Assembly: GCA_964415025.1 (NCBI GenBank)
Contig: CAYPXF010000001.1
Span: 9,390-73,389, forward strand
DNA from: an uncultured Gammaproteobacteria bacterium
Lineage (GTDB): Bacteria; Patescibacteriota; Patescibacteriia; UBA10025; JAHIVO01
Direction of reading: 5' to 3'
Length of the DNA stretch: 64,000 nucleotides
Position numbers and translations under genes: made by a program. Numbering within the stretch: the stretch's first letter is position 1; each line of letters starts with the position of its first letter. The notes beneath the pieces were generated by a model. That model ran no database searches. It was not told the origin of the DNA and was given only the letters and a program-made list of their open reading frames with translations. This document shows, one piece after another, positions 47,719 to 58,214 of the stretch.

Positions 47719-48568
47719 ACGCTTTCAGTGATTCAGAAATATCTATATCGCTAATATCATGTTTGACTAATGGCTTTTCCTGCAGAGCCGGTAATTGATC
47801 GTGGTAAGTAGGCTGTTGTGTTTGGTATAAAACACCGAGTGGAGCCTTTTCCTGTCCTGTGGTAGCTGCGGCAATGGCCGCCGAACGATCATGTGGATCA
47901 TGGCCTGCTTCATCCAGCTTGTAGATGCGCTCCTGATACCATTGGTGAGTGTTGACTTTATTAAACGTAACGCACAGCTGCAGAATATTAATAAAGGCAA
48001 AACCGCGGTGCTGGATTGCCTGCTTTATCAGTCCTGTTAAATGCGGAATATCGCCGGAAAATCCCTGGGCTACAAATGTCGCTCCATTGACTAAGGCGAC
48101 AGCTAATGGATTAAACGGCTGGTTAATCGAACCGTACGGCGTAGACTTTGTTTTCATGCCTTTCATCGACGTGGGTGACATTTGACCCTTGGTCAGGCTG
48201 TACAATCGATTATCATGAACTAGATACGTGATATCGAGATTACCGCGCATGCTATGGATAAAATGGCTAACCCCTTCGCCATATCCGTCGCCGTCTCCAG
48301 AATCCGCGATCACGGTCAGCTCATGGTTGGCAAGCTTAATGCCGACAGCGGGCGGCAATGACCGGCCGTGGATGCCGTGGAATGTATACACATTATAAAA
48401 ATTAGCGCCGTTTGATGAGCAGCCAATGCCAAATGTCATGGCTACTTGGTGTGGCTTGAGCCCCAGTTCAGCCACTGCCTGTTTGGTGGCCGGGTTTATG
48501 CCGTAGTTGCCGCATCCCGGACACCAGGTTGGTTTATATGAACTGGTATAGTCTTTTTGTGTGGGCAT
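47711..48568 (-). CDS. 2-oxoacid:ferredoxin oxidoreductase, beta (TPP-binding) subunit
   Basis: N-terminal PTWCPGCGNYGI, and GDG..YGEG is the TPP-binding motif. Confidence 0.85.
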   Translation of the reverse strand: MPTQKDYTSSYKPTWCPGCGNYGINPATKQAVAELGLKPHQVAMTFGIGCSSNGANFYNVYTFHGIHGRSLPPAVGIKLANHELTVIADSGDGDGYGEGVSHFIHSMRGNLDITYLVHDNRLYSLTKGQMSPTSMKGMKTKSTPYGSINQPFNPLAVALVNGATFVAQGFSGDIPHLTGLIKQAIQHRGFAFINILQLCVTFNKVNTHQWYQERIYKLDEAGHDPHDRSAAIAAATTGQEKAPLGVLYQTQQPTYHDQLPALQEKPLVKHDISDIDISESLKAYA

Positions 48569-48570
48569 AA

Positions 48571-50313
48571 TTATTTCAGGTTTTTAATTGTTTCGACAAG
48601 CTCTTCACAGAAAAAAGGCCGGCCGTCATATTTCAGAATCTTATAATCCGGATTCAGGCCAGTCTGTTCGCGCATCCAGCCGGCGAATTGAGCCGTTTTA
48701 TTTCCCTCGACAACAGCTACTTTTTTTGCTTTCTTAAATGCGTCCTTTACCTGCTTGACTGGAAATGGACTAATGCTGGCAATATGCAGGTGGTTCACTT
48801 TTTTCCCCTGACCGGCTAATACCGTCATGGCTTCCCGAATGACACCCTTAGTAGACCCCCATGAAATCAGGGTTAAATCAGCCCGCTTATCACCGGCAAG
48901 CTCTGGTACTGGCATATCCTGGATAATCAACGCTTCTTTACGGAACCGCTTGTCAACCATTCTGGTGCGCATAGCCGCGCTTTCTTCGGAAAATCCGATT
49001 TCATTATGTTCATCACTGTTTTCCACATGTTCGCCGCCCGGGGTGCCCGGATATACGCGCGGTGATACGCCGCTGTCTGTTAACGCATAGCGTTTATATT
49101 CATCCAGCGAGGCAATATCCTTTTCGGTCAGCACCTGTCCGCGATCCTTGGCAATAGGTACTAACTTCTTTACACTGACCGACTGTCGGCTGGCGGCTAA
49201 ATACTTATCTGTCAGGACCATGACTGGTGTCTGGTATTTTTCGGCGATATTAAATGCTTGCTGCATCATGATAAAACATTCCTCAATATCGCCCGGTGCC
49301 AGGACTACGCGGGGGAGCTCACCATGTGAAGCGTTAAGGACAAATTTCAAATCTTCTTGTCCACCCCAGGTCGGCATGCCTGACGACGGGCCGGTCCGCA
49401 TGGCTTCAACAGCGACAATTGGCACTTCCATCATGCCGGCCATGCCCCAGGCTTCGGTCATCAAACAAAACCCACCACCAGACGTGCAGGTCATAGCGCG
49501 TACTCCGGCAAAACCAGCGCCAATAGCTGTATTTATGGCCGAAATTTCATCCTCAACATGTTTTACTACGAGATTGTATGTAGGCGCCTGCTTAGCCAGC
49601 GTATGCAGGATTGAACTGGCTGGTGTCATGGGGTAGGCTGATAAAAATGTACAGCCGGCCTGAATCGCTCCCCAGGACAATGCGTCATTACCTGTTAGCA
49701 CGATTCTATCTTCTTGGTTGCCTGCTTGTATTGAATACTGAAATACATCGCTATACTGCCCACGAATATAATCATAACCAGCCCGTGCAGCTGCAACATT
49801 TACTTGTATAACCGTGTCTTCCTTATGCTTAAGCTCAAAATTAAGCTCTATGACTTGTTGCAGCGACTCAAAAGGCATGTCTACTAGTGCGAAACTCGCT
49901 CCGAGCGCAACGGCATTTCGAGCCACGCGGGGCGCCCCGGCTTTTTCAGCCATCGTCTCCAGCGACATGCCGATTAATGCCGCCTTTTCCGGAAAAGTCG
50001 CTTGGTTAATATCTGTATTATCAGTGTTATATATAACTGCAGCGTCTTCTGCCAGTTCGGCTACGTGTTTATCCACTGTCGGCTGGTCAAGTGCTACTAA
50101 AATATTTACCGGACGGCGCTGCGCGTTGAGCGGTTTATCCGAAATGCTCGCTTCAAATGTATTATGTCCGCCCCGGATCAGTGACGGGTATTCTGAATAA
50201 TCAAAAACGTATTTACCAAACCGCAGCATGGCTCGGCTAAACATAGCACCGGCTGAAGCTATGCCATAGCCTGCTTCGCCGCCAATTTTCCAATGAATAG
50301 AAGTATCAGCCAT
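48571..50313 (-). CDS. 2-oxoacid:ferredoxin oxidoreductase, fused gamma-alpha subunit
   Basis: 580 aa. The N-terminal ~180 aa are gamma-like (HWKIGGEAGYGI). The remainder is the alpha subunit (transketolase-like Pyr domain). No delta/ferredoxin subunit is adjacent. Confidence 0.85.
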   Translation of the reverse strand: MADTSIHWKIGGEAGYGIASAGAMFSRAMLRFGKYVFDYSEYPSLIRGGHNTFEASISDKPLNAQRRPVNILVALDQPTVDKHVAELAEDAAVIYNTDNTDINQATFPEKAALIGMSLETMAEKAGAPRVARNAVALGASFALVDMPFESLQQVIELNFELKHKEDTVIQVNVAAARAGYDYIRGQYSDVFQYSIQAGNQEDRIVLTGNDALSWGAIQAGCTFLSAYPMTPASSILHTLAKQAPTYNLVVKHVEDEISAINTAIGAGFAGVRAMTCTSGGGFCLMTEAWGMAGMMEVPIVAVEAMRTGPSSGMPTWGGQEDLKFVLNASHGELPRVVLAPGDIEECFIMMQQAFNIAEKYQTPVMVLTDKYLAASRQSVSVKKLVPIAKDRGQVLTEKDIASLDEYKRYALTDSGVSPRVYPGTPGGEHVENSDEHNEIGFSEESAAMRTRMVDKRFRKEALIIQDMPVPELAGDKRADLTLISWGSTKGVIREAMTVLAGQGKKVNHLHIASISPFPVKQVKDAFKKAKKVAVVEGNKTAQFAGWMREQTGLNPDYKILKYDGRPFFCEELVETIKNLK

Positions 50314-50327
50314 ATGTTAAATAATTT

Positions 50328-51482
50328 TTACTTTTTACTGTTCTTATAGTATACACTATTATAGATTTGCTGCACAATTTCACCCGCTTCATCAGTAGGC
50401 ACCGTCAGCTGGTGCGGCCGAGGCTTGAGCGTGAGTCCCCGCATGACCCGGCGGCGTACGACCAGGCTACGTTCCCCGATTCCGCCGGTAAATATGACGG
50501 CATTAACACTGCCTAAACGTCCGGCATACATATGTATATAGTCCTGAATACGTCTCGTGAATATTGTGAGCGCCTGGCGGGCACGCTGCCGCTGCTGTTG
50601 AGTAAATGTTTTACGACCGTGGTAATCAGCCACCGGCTCACCGGCCGCGCGCAATATTTCTCGCATATCACTGGTAAAGCCGCTGATACCGAGCAATCCG
50701 GACTGCTTATTGAGTATGGTCTCCATCTGCGCGGCTGTTTTCTCCAATCGCCGCTGCATCAGTAATGGTACGGCCGGATCAAGCAAGCCAGAACGTGTGC
50801 CCATGACCAGTCCGTCGAGCGGCGTAAAACCCATAGATGTTGCGATAACCCGCCCCCGGTTAAAAGCGGTCACTGAACAGCCGTTACCCAGGTGGACACT
50901 AATGAGTTTTAATTTTCGAAAAGGTTTATGCAATTTATCGGCAGCCTGACGGCTGACGTAAGCATGGGATATACCGTGAAAACCATATTTCCGGATATGA
51001 TGATTCGTATACCACTCATATGGCACGGCATACAAAAATTCTTCAGGTAATAAATCAGCATACAGCGCCGTATCAAACACTGCGATATTCTTTGCCTGCG
51101 GAATAGATGTAAAACAGTCGCGGATGACTTGCAGATTAACCGGATTGTGCAATGGCGCCAGATTATTATAGTGAGTGATTTTGCGCCATTTTTTTTTAGT
51201 AACGAGTGTTGGTATAGTAAACTGTTCACCGCCGTGCACTACCCGATGCCCAATGTATGCAATCTCTTCCTGATTAATATCCCACTGTGCGAGAATCTGC
51301 TTCAGCGCTGCCGAATGGTCCTGAAGTTTGAAACGCTTAATGCGTTTATCAAAACTAATAAACGCGTGAGTCGAGCCGATTTTTTCAGCAATTGCCCGGT
51401 ACCGTGTTTTTGTGTTACCAGATCGATATAGCGCTGCTTTGAGTGTGGCAGAGCCGGCATTGAGTATGAGAATATACGTCAT
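50328..51482 (-). CDS. ackA: Acetate kinase
   Basis: ILILNAGSATLKAALY is the N-terminal ASKHA motif. 384 aa, with VHGG and IFTGGIGE motifs. Confidence 0.85.
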   Translation of the reverse strand: MTYILILNAGSATLKAALYRSGNTKTRYRAIAEKIGSTHAFISFDKRIKRFKLQDHSAALKQILAQWDINQEEIAYIGHRVVHGGEQFTIPTLVTKKKWRKITHYNNLAPLHNPVNLQVIRDCFTSIPQAKNIAVFDTALYADLLPEEFLYAVPYEWYTNHHIRKYGFHGISHAYVSRQAADKLHKPFRKLKLISVHLGNGCSVTAFNRGRVIATSMGFTPLDGLVMGTRSGLLDPAVPLLMQRRLEKTAAQMETILNKQSGLLGISGFTSDMREILRAAGEPVADYHGRKTFTQQQRQRARQALTIFTRRIQDYIHMYAGRLGSVNAVIFTGGIGERSLVVRRRVMRGLTLKPRPHQLTVPTDEAGEIVQQIYNSVYYKNSKK

Positions 51483-51778
51483 ATATTTAAATATGATTTA
51501 ATGCGTTCGGTCTCCTGCTGAACCAACGGAGTGTCATACTGGCCGCTGTGGCGCGGACCCCGTCCATACGAAGGTTTTTTTTCGTCATAATGCACGTTGA
51601 AGACGACCTCATCCCCATCATCAACATATACGTGAAACCGCGGATACTGACCGCTCCGTAACCGGCGGATAAAACTCGTAGTACCAGAACGCCTGTCCTG
51701 AAACGCATGGTACCCTAGCCGTTTCATGAACACATGGATATTATAGGACAATTTTTTTCTATTGATTCGCAGCTGCAT
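51479..51778 (-). CDS. Hypothetical protein
   Basis: 99 aa, basic. It overlaps the ackA start by 4 nt. No motif was recognised. Confidence 0.35.
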   Translation of the reverse strand: MQLRINRKKLSYNIHVFMKRLGYHAFQDRRSGTTSFIRRLRSGQYPRFHVYVDDGDEVVFNVHYDEKKPSYGRGPRHSGQYDTPLVQQETERIKSYLNI

Positions 51779-51780
51779 GG

Positions 51781-52353
51781 CTACAGGATAATTTCTCCGG
51801 TCGCGCCTGGTGAAATACCAGCGGCATTGGCTTCATCAGTGTCCAAATGCACTGCCAGATCGTCAATGTCCTGTCTGGACCGTACCACCACATTATGAAA
51901 GGTTACTGAACGCTCCCCGCCGATACGGATCGAAACCGTGTCCAGATGTTTGATACCGAGCTCGGCTGCCTGCTCCGGGGCGATATGCATATGCCGTTTT
52001 GCCACTATTACACCACACGATAAATCGACTGAACCATGGGGCCCTACCAGCGTGATTCCCCCGGGCGTATCAGCCAGATCACCTGATATCGCAATATGCG
52101 GTTTGACACCGAGCGTATAACAGTCTGTCACAGCGAGCTCTACCTGTGTCGCCTCACGCACCGGGCCCACCACACGGACATTATCAATACTGCCTTTTGA
52201 GCCCCGGAGTGTAATAGTCTGCGCTGCGGCAAACTGTCCAGGCTGTGATATTTCAGTGGCACAGATAAGTGCATCAGCCGAGCCGAATAGTGCTACTACA
52301 TCAGCTTTTGCCAAATGCACGTGGCGCGCGGAAATTTCAATTGGAATGTCCAT
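51781..52353 (-). CDS. pduL: Phosphate acyltransferase PduL/EutD-type (phosphotransacylase)
   Basis: Two PTAC-type repeats with ISARHVHL and VIVAKRHMHIAPE motifs. 190 aa, adjacent to ackA. Confidence 0.7.
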   Translation of the reverse strand: MDIPIEISARHVHLAKADVVALFGSADALICATEISQPGQFAAAQTITLRGSKGSIDNVRVVGPVREATQVELAVTDCYTLGVKPHIAISGDLADTPGGITLVGPHGSVDLSCGVIVAKRHMHIAPEQAAELGIKHLDTVSIRIGGERSVTFHNVVVRSRQDIDDLAVHLDTDEANAAGISPGATGEIIL

Positions 52354-52356
52354 ATA

Positions 52357-53943
52357 CTATGTCATAAGTAAATTATGTCCGGTCATTTCCGGCGACGCTG
52401 GCAATCCCATATAGACAAGCATGGTGACGGCCACATCTGATAATATGCCGGTCGGCTGGAGCATGCTTAAATCATAGTCGACTATCAGATCCTTATATAA
52501 AGTCTGCCCCTGCCACTTGTTAGCAACAGCAATTAAAGGAACCGGATTAACGCTGTGTTCTTTATCAATTTCACCTGTCTGCAAATTAATCAACTCTTCA
52601 GCATTGCCATGGTCCGCCGTGATAAAGAGTAAACCGTCCTTTTCCAGCACTTTACGGGCCAGCTGTCCCAGACATTCATCTGTTACTGCTACTGCTTTTT
52701 CAGTGGCCTCGAGATTACCAGTATGCCCGACCATGTCCGGATTAGCGTAATTCACCACGCAAAAGTCATACTTGTCTGCATCTATTTCCTTAATCAGGCG
52801 CTCCGTGACTTCGTGAGCGCTCATGGCTGGCGCCTGATCATATGTCGATACTTGGGGAGACGGGATAATAACATTATCCTGGTTTTCAAACGGCTCTTCT
52901 CTGCCACCGTTAAAAAAGTAGGTTACGTGCGCGTACTTTTCTGTTTCTGCTATGTGGAGCTGTTTGAGTCCGGCCTCGGCAATAACGCGCGCCATAGGGT
53001 AATCAATTTTCTCCGGAGGAAAAGCAACCTCTACGGGTAAATCTTTATCATACTCTGTCATGGTGACGAAAAATATATTTTTAATATAATCGCGCTCAAA
53101 CTTATTAAACCCTGGCAGGACAAAAGCCGTAGTGATCTGGCGCGCACGGTCAGGCCGGAAATTAGCGAAAATCACCGCATCATTTTTATTGACCGTGGCG
53201 GTTGGCTTTGCCTCGGTGCCGATGACTGTCGGAATAAACTCCTCGTCATATATTTCTTGTTTATAGGATTCTTCGACGGCCTTGATTGGGTCTTTATAAT
53301 ACTGCTCTGACCTGCCTTCAGCAATGGCGCGGTAGGCTTTTTCCACACGCGGCCAGCGGTTGTCACGATCCATGGCATAAAATCGCCCTGATAGCGAAGC
53401 AATTTCACCGAATTTGAGCTCCTTAATTTTTTCCTGTACCTTTTTAACATAGGATAACCCGCTATCGCGTGGGGCGTCACGTCCATCAAGTATGAGATGC
53501 AAATAAACGTTTTTTAATCCCTGTTTTTGGCAGAATTCCATGAGAGCGAAGTAGTGATCTGTCGAGCTGTGAACACCGCCCGGCCCGATCATACCCAGCA
53601 AATGCATCGCTGATTTGTTTTTTTTGGCGTGTTCGGCCGCCGCCACAAATTTTTCGTTTGTGAAAAAACTGCCGTCAGAAATTGTCTTTGATATTCTGGG
53701 TAAATTTTGATAAATAATTCTGCCGGATCCGAGATTCAGGTGCCCCACCTCTGAATTGCCCATCTCGCCCCAGGGTAGGCCTACTGCCTCACCAGATGCC
53801 TGCAACGCCATGACTGGAAAAGTATCAATAAACCACTGCATGTTTGGAATTGGTGCAGTCGAAATTGGATTTCCCTTGCCAGCCGGGGCTATGCCCCAGC
53901 CGTCTAGGATCGCTAGGACTGTTGGTTTATTTGGTATTGGCAT
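52357..53943 (-). CDS. gpmI: 2,3-bisphosphoglycerate-independent phosphoglycerate mutase
   Basis: N-terminal VLAILDGWGIA...NSEVGHLNLGSGR, ~520 aa alkaline-phosphatase superfamily. Confidence 0.9.
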   Translation of the reverse strand: MPIPNKPTVLAILDGWGIAPAGKGNPISTAPIPNMQWFIDTFPVMALQASGEAVGLPWGEMGNSEVGHLNLGSGRIIYQNLPRISKTISDGSFFTNEKFVAAAEHAKKNKSAMHLLGMIGPGGVHSSTDHYFALMEFCQKQGLKNVYLHLILDGRDAPRDSGLSYVKKVQEKIKELKFGEIASLSGRFYAMDRDNRWPRVEKAYRAIAEGRSEQYYKDPIKAVEESYKQEIYDEEFIPTVIGTEAKPTATVNKNDAVIFANFRPDRARQITTAFVLPGFNKFERDYIKNIFFVTMTEYDKDLPVEVAFPPEKIDYPMARVIAEAGLKQLHIAETEKYAHVTYFFNGGREEPFENQDNVIIPSPQVSTYDQAPAMSAHEVTERLIKEIDADKYDFCVVNYANPDMVGHTGNLEATEKAVAVTDECLGQLARKVLEKDGLLFITADHGNAEELINLQTGEIDKEHSVNPVPLIAVANKWQGQTLYKDLIVDYDLSMLQPTGILSDVAVTMLVYMGLPASPEMTGHNLLMT

Positions 53944-55472
53944 AAAATCTTATTACCCATTTCTTTTGGTTTAGGCAAATGCAGCATATGTAATATGGTT
54001 GGGCCAATATCACAGAGCGCACCCTTTTTCATTGGCTCTTTGTTTGAAATCTTTTTATTGATAATAATAAATGGCACCGGGTTATTGGAATGAGCAGTAT
54101 CGACCTGCTCTGTATCCGGATCAATCACTTCCTCAACATTCCCGTGGTCAGCGGTAATAATCATGGTACCATTATGCTCCAATACTGTACGGTGCAGTTT
54201 GCCGAGACATTCATCGACTACTTCCACCGCCTCAACACTAGCGTTTAAATCACCGGTATGCGCTACCATATCCGGATTGGCATAATTTACCGCGATAAAA
54301 TCGTGTCCTTGTTTGCCAATATCATCTATTATCACTTTTGTAATCTCACGAGCGCTCATGGACGGCAGATCACGATATGAATACGCGTGCGGTGAGTGAA
54401 TAATGACACGATCCTCGCCCGCCACGGGATGATCATACCCCCCATTAAAAAAATACGTCATGTGCGCATACTTTTCTGTCTCGGCTACATAGAGCTGCCG
54501 CAGTCCGTCAAGCGCCATCGGCAAGGTATTTTTTATAAACCGTGCCGGATATGCTGACAATACACCGGGTAAATCAGGGCCAAAATCAGTCAAGGCGATA
54601 AACTTGAGATTTTTTAATCTCTTCTTACGTTCAAAACCATCGAAATCCGGCTGTACAAATGTTTTTGTCAGCTGGCGGACACGGTCAGAGCGTAGATTAA
54701 AAAATATGACTGCGTCATTATCACTAATTTGCCCCTTTTCCCGGCCGGGCAACTTGACCACGGTCGGCTTAATATATTCATCGTTTTCCTGCCTATTGTA
54801 AGCCTGGAGGATTGCATCGTCAGCAGATTCAGTAACCCTGCCTTTGCCCTGAACCAGCGCTTCATAAGCCATTTTAGTACGTTTCCATTCCTTATTCCGG
54901 TCCATGGAGTAGAATCGTCCCATGACCGTGGCAATTTTTTCTGTACCCAGCGTTTTTTTAAACCTTTGCAGTAATTTTATAGCGAGATACTGGTATGAAT
55001 CACGTCCGTCGGTAAACAAATGCAGATATACTTTTTTTATCCTTTTGAGTCGAGTCAGAGTCATGAGCGCCAGCACGTGGTCAGGATCGGCGTGGGCAGA
55101 CTGTTCTGCGGTAAACAAGCCCATCAGATGCAGTTTTGAATCATGTTTTTTGACATGATCGAGCGCTGTGATAAAAGCCGGATTTTTGAAAAAAATACCG
55201 TCGTTAATACTGCGGGAAATATGCACTGAATCTTGTTCGACTACCCGTCCCGCGCCGATATTCATATGACCTGCTTCTGAATTACCGCTTTGGTACGGCG
55301 GTAAGCCAACCTGCTTGCCAGAGGCCTGGAGTAGCGTATGCGGATATTTTTTAAAAAAGCTATCCATCACCGGCGTATCCGCCAAAAGGATAGCATTGCC
55401 GACTGTCTGTGTGGTAATACCCCATCCGTCGAGTATAACAAGTACAAATGGGCCTGCTTGTTCTGTAGTCAT
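53913..55472 (-). CDS. Second iPGM-family paralog (2,3-bisphosphoglycerate-independent phosphoglycerate mutase-like)
   Basis: VLVILDGWGIT...NSEAGHMNIGAGR. It is in tandem with gpmI and overlaps it by 31 nt. Confidence 0.8.
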   Translation of the reverse strand: MTTEQAGPFVLVILDGWGITTQTVGNAILLADTPVMDSFFKKYPHTLLQASGKQVGLPPYQSGNSEAGHMNIGAGRVVEQDSVHISRSINDGIFFKNPAFITALDHVKKHDSKLHLMGLFTAEQSAHADPDHVLALMTLTRLKRIKKVYLHLFTDGRDSYQYLAIKLLQRFKKTLGTEKIATVMGRFYSMDRNKEWKRTKMAYEALVQGKGRVTESADDAILQAYNRQENDEYIKPTVVKLPGREKGQISDNDAVIFFNLRSDRVRQLTKTFVQPDFDGFERKKRLKNLKFIALTDFGPDLPGVLSAYPARFIKNTLPMALDGLRQLYVAETEKYAHMTYFFNGGYDHPVAGEDRVIIHSPHAYSYRDLPSMSAREITKVIIDDIGKQGHDFIAVNYANPDMVAHTGDLNASVEAVEVVDECLGKLHRTVLEHNGTMIITADHGNVEEVIDPDTEQVDTAHSNNPVPFIIINKKISNKEPMKKGALCDIGPTILHMLHLPKPKEMGNKILCQYQINQQS

Positions 55473-55478
55473 GATAAT

Positions 55479-56744
55479 TTATTTTACCTCCTGCTCAATC
55501 TCCATCAGACGATTATACTTACCCGTCCGCTCCCCACGGGTCGGGCCAACCTTCACATATTCAGCGTTAACTGCAACAGCCAGATCAATCATAAAGGTGT
55601 CATTTGTCTCACCGCCGCCGCGATGTGAAATTACCTGCCAAAACTTATGCTTTTTACCGAGCGCGACCGTATCGATCGTCTCAGTCAGAGTCCCGATTTG
55701 ATTGAGTTTTATGAGCACGCCGTCAATAGCCCGGAGGTCAATTGCTTTTTGCACGCGTTCCTCATTCGTGACGGTAAGGTCATCACCGATTATGCGGGTA
55801 CTCCCACGCAGCTCGGCATAGAGTGCCTGCCAACCGCTCCAGTCATCTTCAGCCAGACCATCTTCAAGCGAGATAATTGGATATTTTTTAATCCATTCCC
55901 TGAACAAACCGATCATCTGGTCTGCAGTCAGTCCTGCTCCTTCACGTCGCAGCACGTAGCTGCCTTGTTCTGCATCATACAGTTCGCTGGTCGCCGGATC
56001 TAGCGAGATCGAAACATCTTTGCCCGGTTTGTAGCCAGTCTGTTCGATAGCTTGCATCATTATCTGAAGCGGCTCTTCATTTGATTCTATGCCGGCCGGC
56101 GCAAAAGCGCCTTCGTTCCCGACATTGGTACTCATATTGCGCTGCTTAAGCACCTGCTTGACCGCCTGATACACTTCCTCGCCCCAGCGTACTGCTTCAC
56201 GCACTGATGGCGCGCCGTTGATGCTGTATAAATATTCCTGGAAATCAGTCGAATTGTCGGCGTGGGCACCGCCTTCGATCACTACCATCATCGGCTTGGG
56301 AATATTCCATTGCTTATACTGCAGTTTGTATTTATCGCGGATATACTTGTACAGCGGCTTATCGGCAGCCGCTGCACCAGCACGGGCCGTGGCAAGTGAA
56401 ACCGCCAATATAGCATTGCCACCCAGTTTTTGTTTGTTTGGTGTACCATCTAGAGCCAGCATGATCTCATCGAGTTTTCTGGGATTAGTGACTGCCTTGC
56501 CTTTCAGTGCTTTGGCAATGACAGTTTCGATATTTTTACATGCCTTAAGCTGGCCTTTGCCGTTATACCTTTTTGGATCCTTATCTAATAAAATAAATGC
56601 TTCGTGTGACCCGGCAGATACGCCGAATGGAACTGATGCCTTCGCCCTGATGCCATTCTCTAGCTGTACTTCCGCCTCAACAGTAGGGGCGCCGCCTGAT
56701 GACAGTATTTCACTGGCAGAAATTGATTTTATCTTATTACTCAT
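55479..56744 (-). CDS. eno: Enolase
   Basis: N-terminal KIKSISASEILSSGGAPTVEAEV, with IKLNQIGTLTET and SHRGGGETND motifs. Confidence 0.95.
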   Translation of the reverse strand: MSNKIKSISASEILSSGGAPTVEAEVQLENGIRAKASVPFGVSAGSHEAFILLDKDPKRYNGKGQLKACKNIETVIAKALKGKAVTNPRKLDEIMLALDGTPNKQKLGGNAILAVSLATARAGAAAADKPLYKYIRDKYKLQYKQWNIPKPMMVVIEGGAHADNSTDFQEYLYSINGAPSVREAVRWGEEVYQAVKQVLKQRNMSTNVGNEGAFAPAGIESNEEPLQIMMQAIEQTGYKPGKDVSISLDPATSELYDAEQGSYVLRREGAGLTADQMIGLFREWIKKYPIISLEDGLAEDDWSGWQALYAELRGSTRIIGDDLTVTNEERVQKAIDLRAIDGVLIKLNQIGTLTETIDTVALGKKHKFWQVISHRGGGETNDTFMIDLAVAVNAEYVKVGPTRGERTGKYNRLMEIEQEVK

Positions 56745-56964
56745 AGTTTTATTTTATGAATTTTTTATTTAGTTATATTGCTTTTATTCTTTTACCATTC
56801 ATAAATCCGAAATCACAAATTTTTAAACAGTTTTGAATTTAATCAATTTGGTATCTGAATTTGTTTCGAATTTTTATTTCTGATTTAGGACTTATTAACT
56901 GTGAATAACCACCCCATAAAATCAATCTTCATAAAACAACGGTAACTGCGCCAAATCTTTAGTA

Positions 56965-58155
56965 TTATTCTTTAAGTGGTTCAATGCCGGGCAAGGTGCC
57001 TTTCTCGAGTAAGTCAAGCATAGCGCCACCGCCCATTGAAACAAATGTCATCTTACCCTCCAGATTAAGACGCTTGATCGAAGCTACTGTCTCCCCGCCG
57101 CCAACTACAGTATCTGCTTTAGCTCCAGCTAGTAAACGTGTGATATCGTCAGTCCCCTTAGCAAAAGAATCTATTTCAAACATGCCCATGGGACCGTTCC
57201 AGATAATTGTTTTTGCCTCTGAAATAATCCCTTCATAAAGCTTAACCGTATCAGGACCGATGTCTAATATTTTTTCGTTTTCTTTGACGCTGCCAACCGC
57301 ACAAATTCGTGTCGGCGCATCTTCATCAGCTTCTTCGGCTACTACCACATCGACCGGAATATGGAGATGCGTGTCGGTCAGCGGCAGTTCTTTGGCCGTG
57401 GCGACCATGTCTTGCTCTATCAGAGACGTACCGACCTGGACACCTTTGGCTAAGAGAATCGTATTGGCCAGCGCCCCGCCAAGGGCGACATTGTCGCATT
57501 TCTTGACCAGCGTGCTAATCACGCCAAGTTTAGTGGAAATCTTAGCGCCGCCGATTATGGCTAAACACGGATGTTTTGGATTATTAATTACCTCTGTAAT
57601 AGCATTAACCTCCCGAACCAGATTTGGCCCGGCATAGCTTGGCAGATATTTCATCACGCCGATGATTGAAGCCACCGGCCGGTGTGACTGGCCAAAAGCG
57701 TCATTCACAAATACATCGCCATTGGCGGCTAATGCTCTTGCGTATTCCTCATCAAGTCCGTCTGTACTCTTCTCGCCTGGGTGAAACCGAATGTTTTCCA
57801 GCAGTAAAACAGCGCCATCGTCAGCCTCCTCAATCTGTTTACGGACCGTATCGCCAATACAATCATCTAGCTTAATCACCTGGCGGTCCATCAATGCGGA
57901 CAGCCGTTTGGCTACGCCATCCATGCTGTATTCTTTTTTACATTCTCCGCCCGGACGGCCCAGGTATGACATTAAAATAACCTTCTTCGCGCCTTGCTGA
58001 AGAAGGTCTTCGACCGTGGGAATAATCGCCCGCAGCCTAGTATCATCTCGTGGCACTAATTCCCCGTTTTCTTCTTTGTATTTGACGTCTAAAACCGCGC
58101 GCAGTATGACTTTTTTGTTTTTGATGTCGTTTTGAGTGTAGATTTTGAGTTTCAT
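56965..58155 (-). CDS. pgk: Phosphoglycerate kinase
   Basis: The RADLNVP-like N-terminus is VILRAVLDV here. GRPGG, GGGA and ISTGGGA hinge motifs are present. 396 aa. Confidence 0.95.
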   Translation of the reverse strand: MKLKIYTQNDIKNKKVILRAVLDVKYKEENGELVPRDDTRLRAIIPTVEDLLQQGAKKVILMSYLGRPGGECKKEYSMDGVAKRLSALMDRQVIKLDDCIGDTVRKQIEEADDGAVLLLENIRFHPGEKSTDGLDEEYARALAANGDVFVNDAFGQSHRPVASIIGVMKYLPSYAGPNLVREVNAITEVINNPKHPCLAIIGGAKISTKLGVISTLVKKCDNVALGGALANTILLAKGVQVGTSLIEQDMVATAKELPLTDTHLHIPVDVVVAEEADEDAPTRICAVGSVKENEKILDIGPDTVKLYEGIISEAKTIIWNGPMGMFEIDSFAKGTDDITRLLAGAKADTVVGGGETVASIKRLNLEGKMTFVSMGGGAMLDLLEKGTLPGIEPLKE

Positions 58156-58214
58156 ATAAAAAAGTGGTAATAACCACCTGAATTATAGCACTTTTTCACC
58201 TTTTTTTCAATTTT

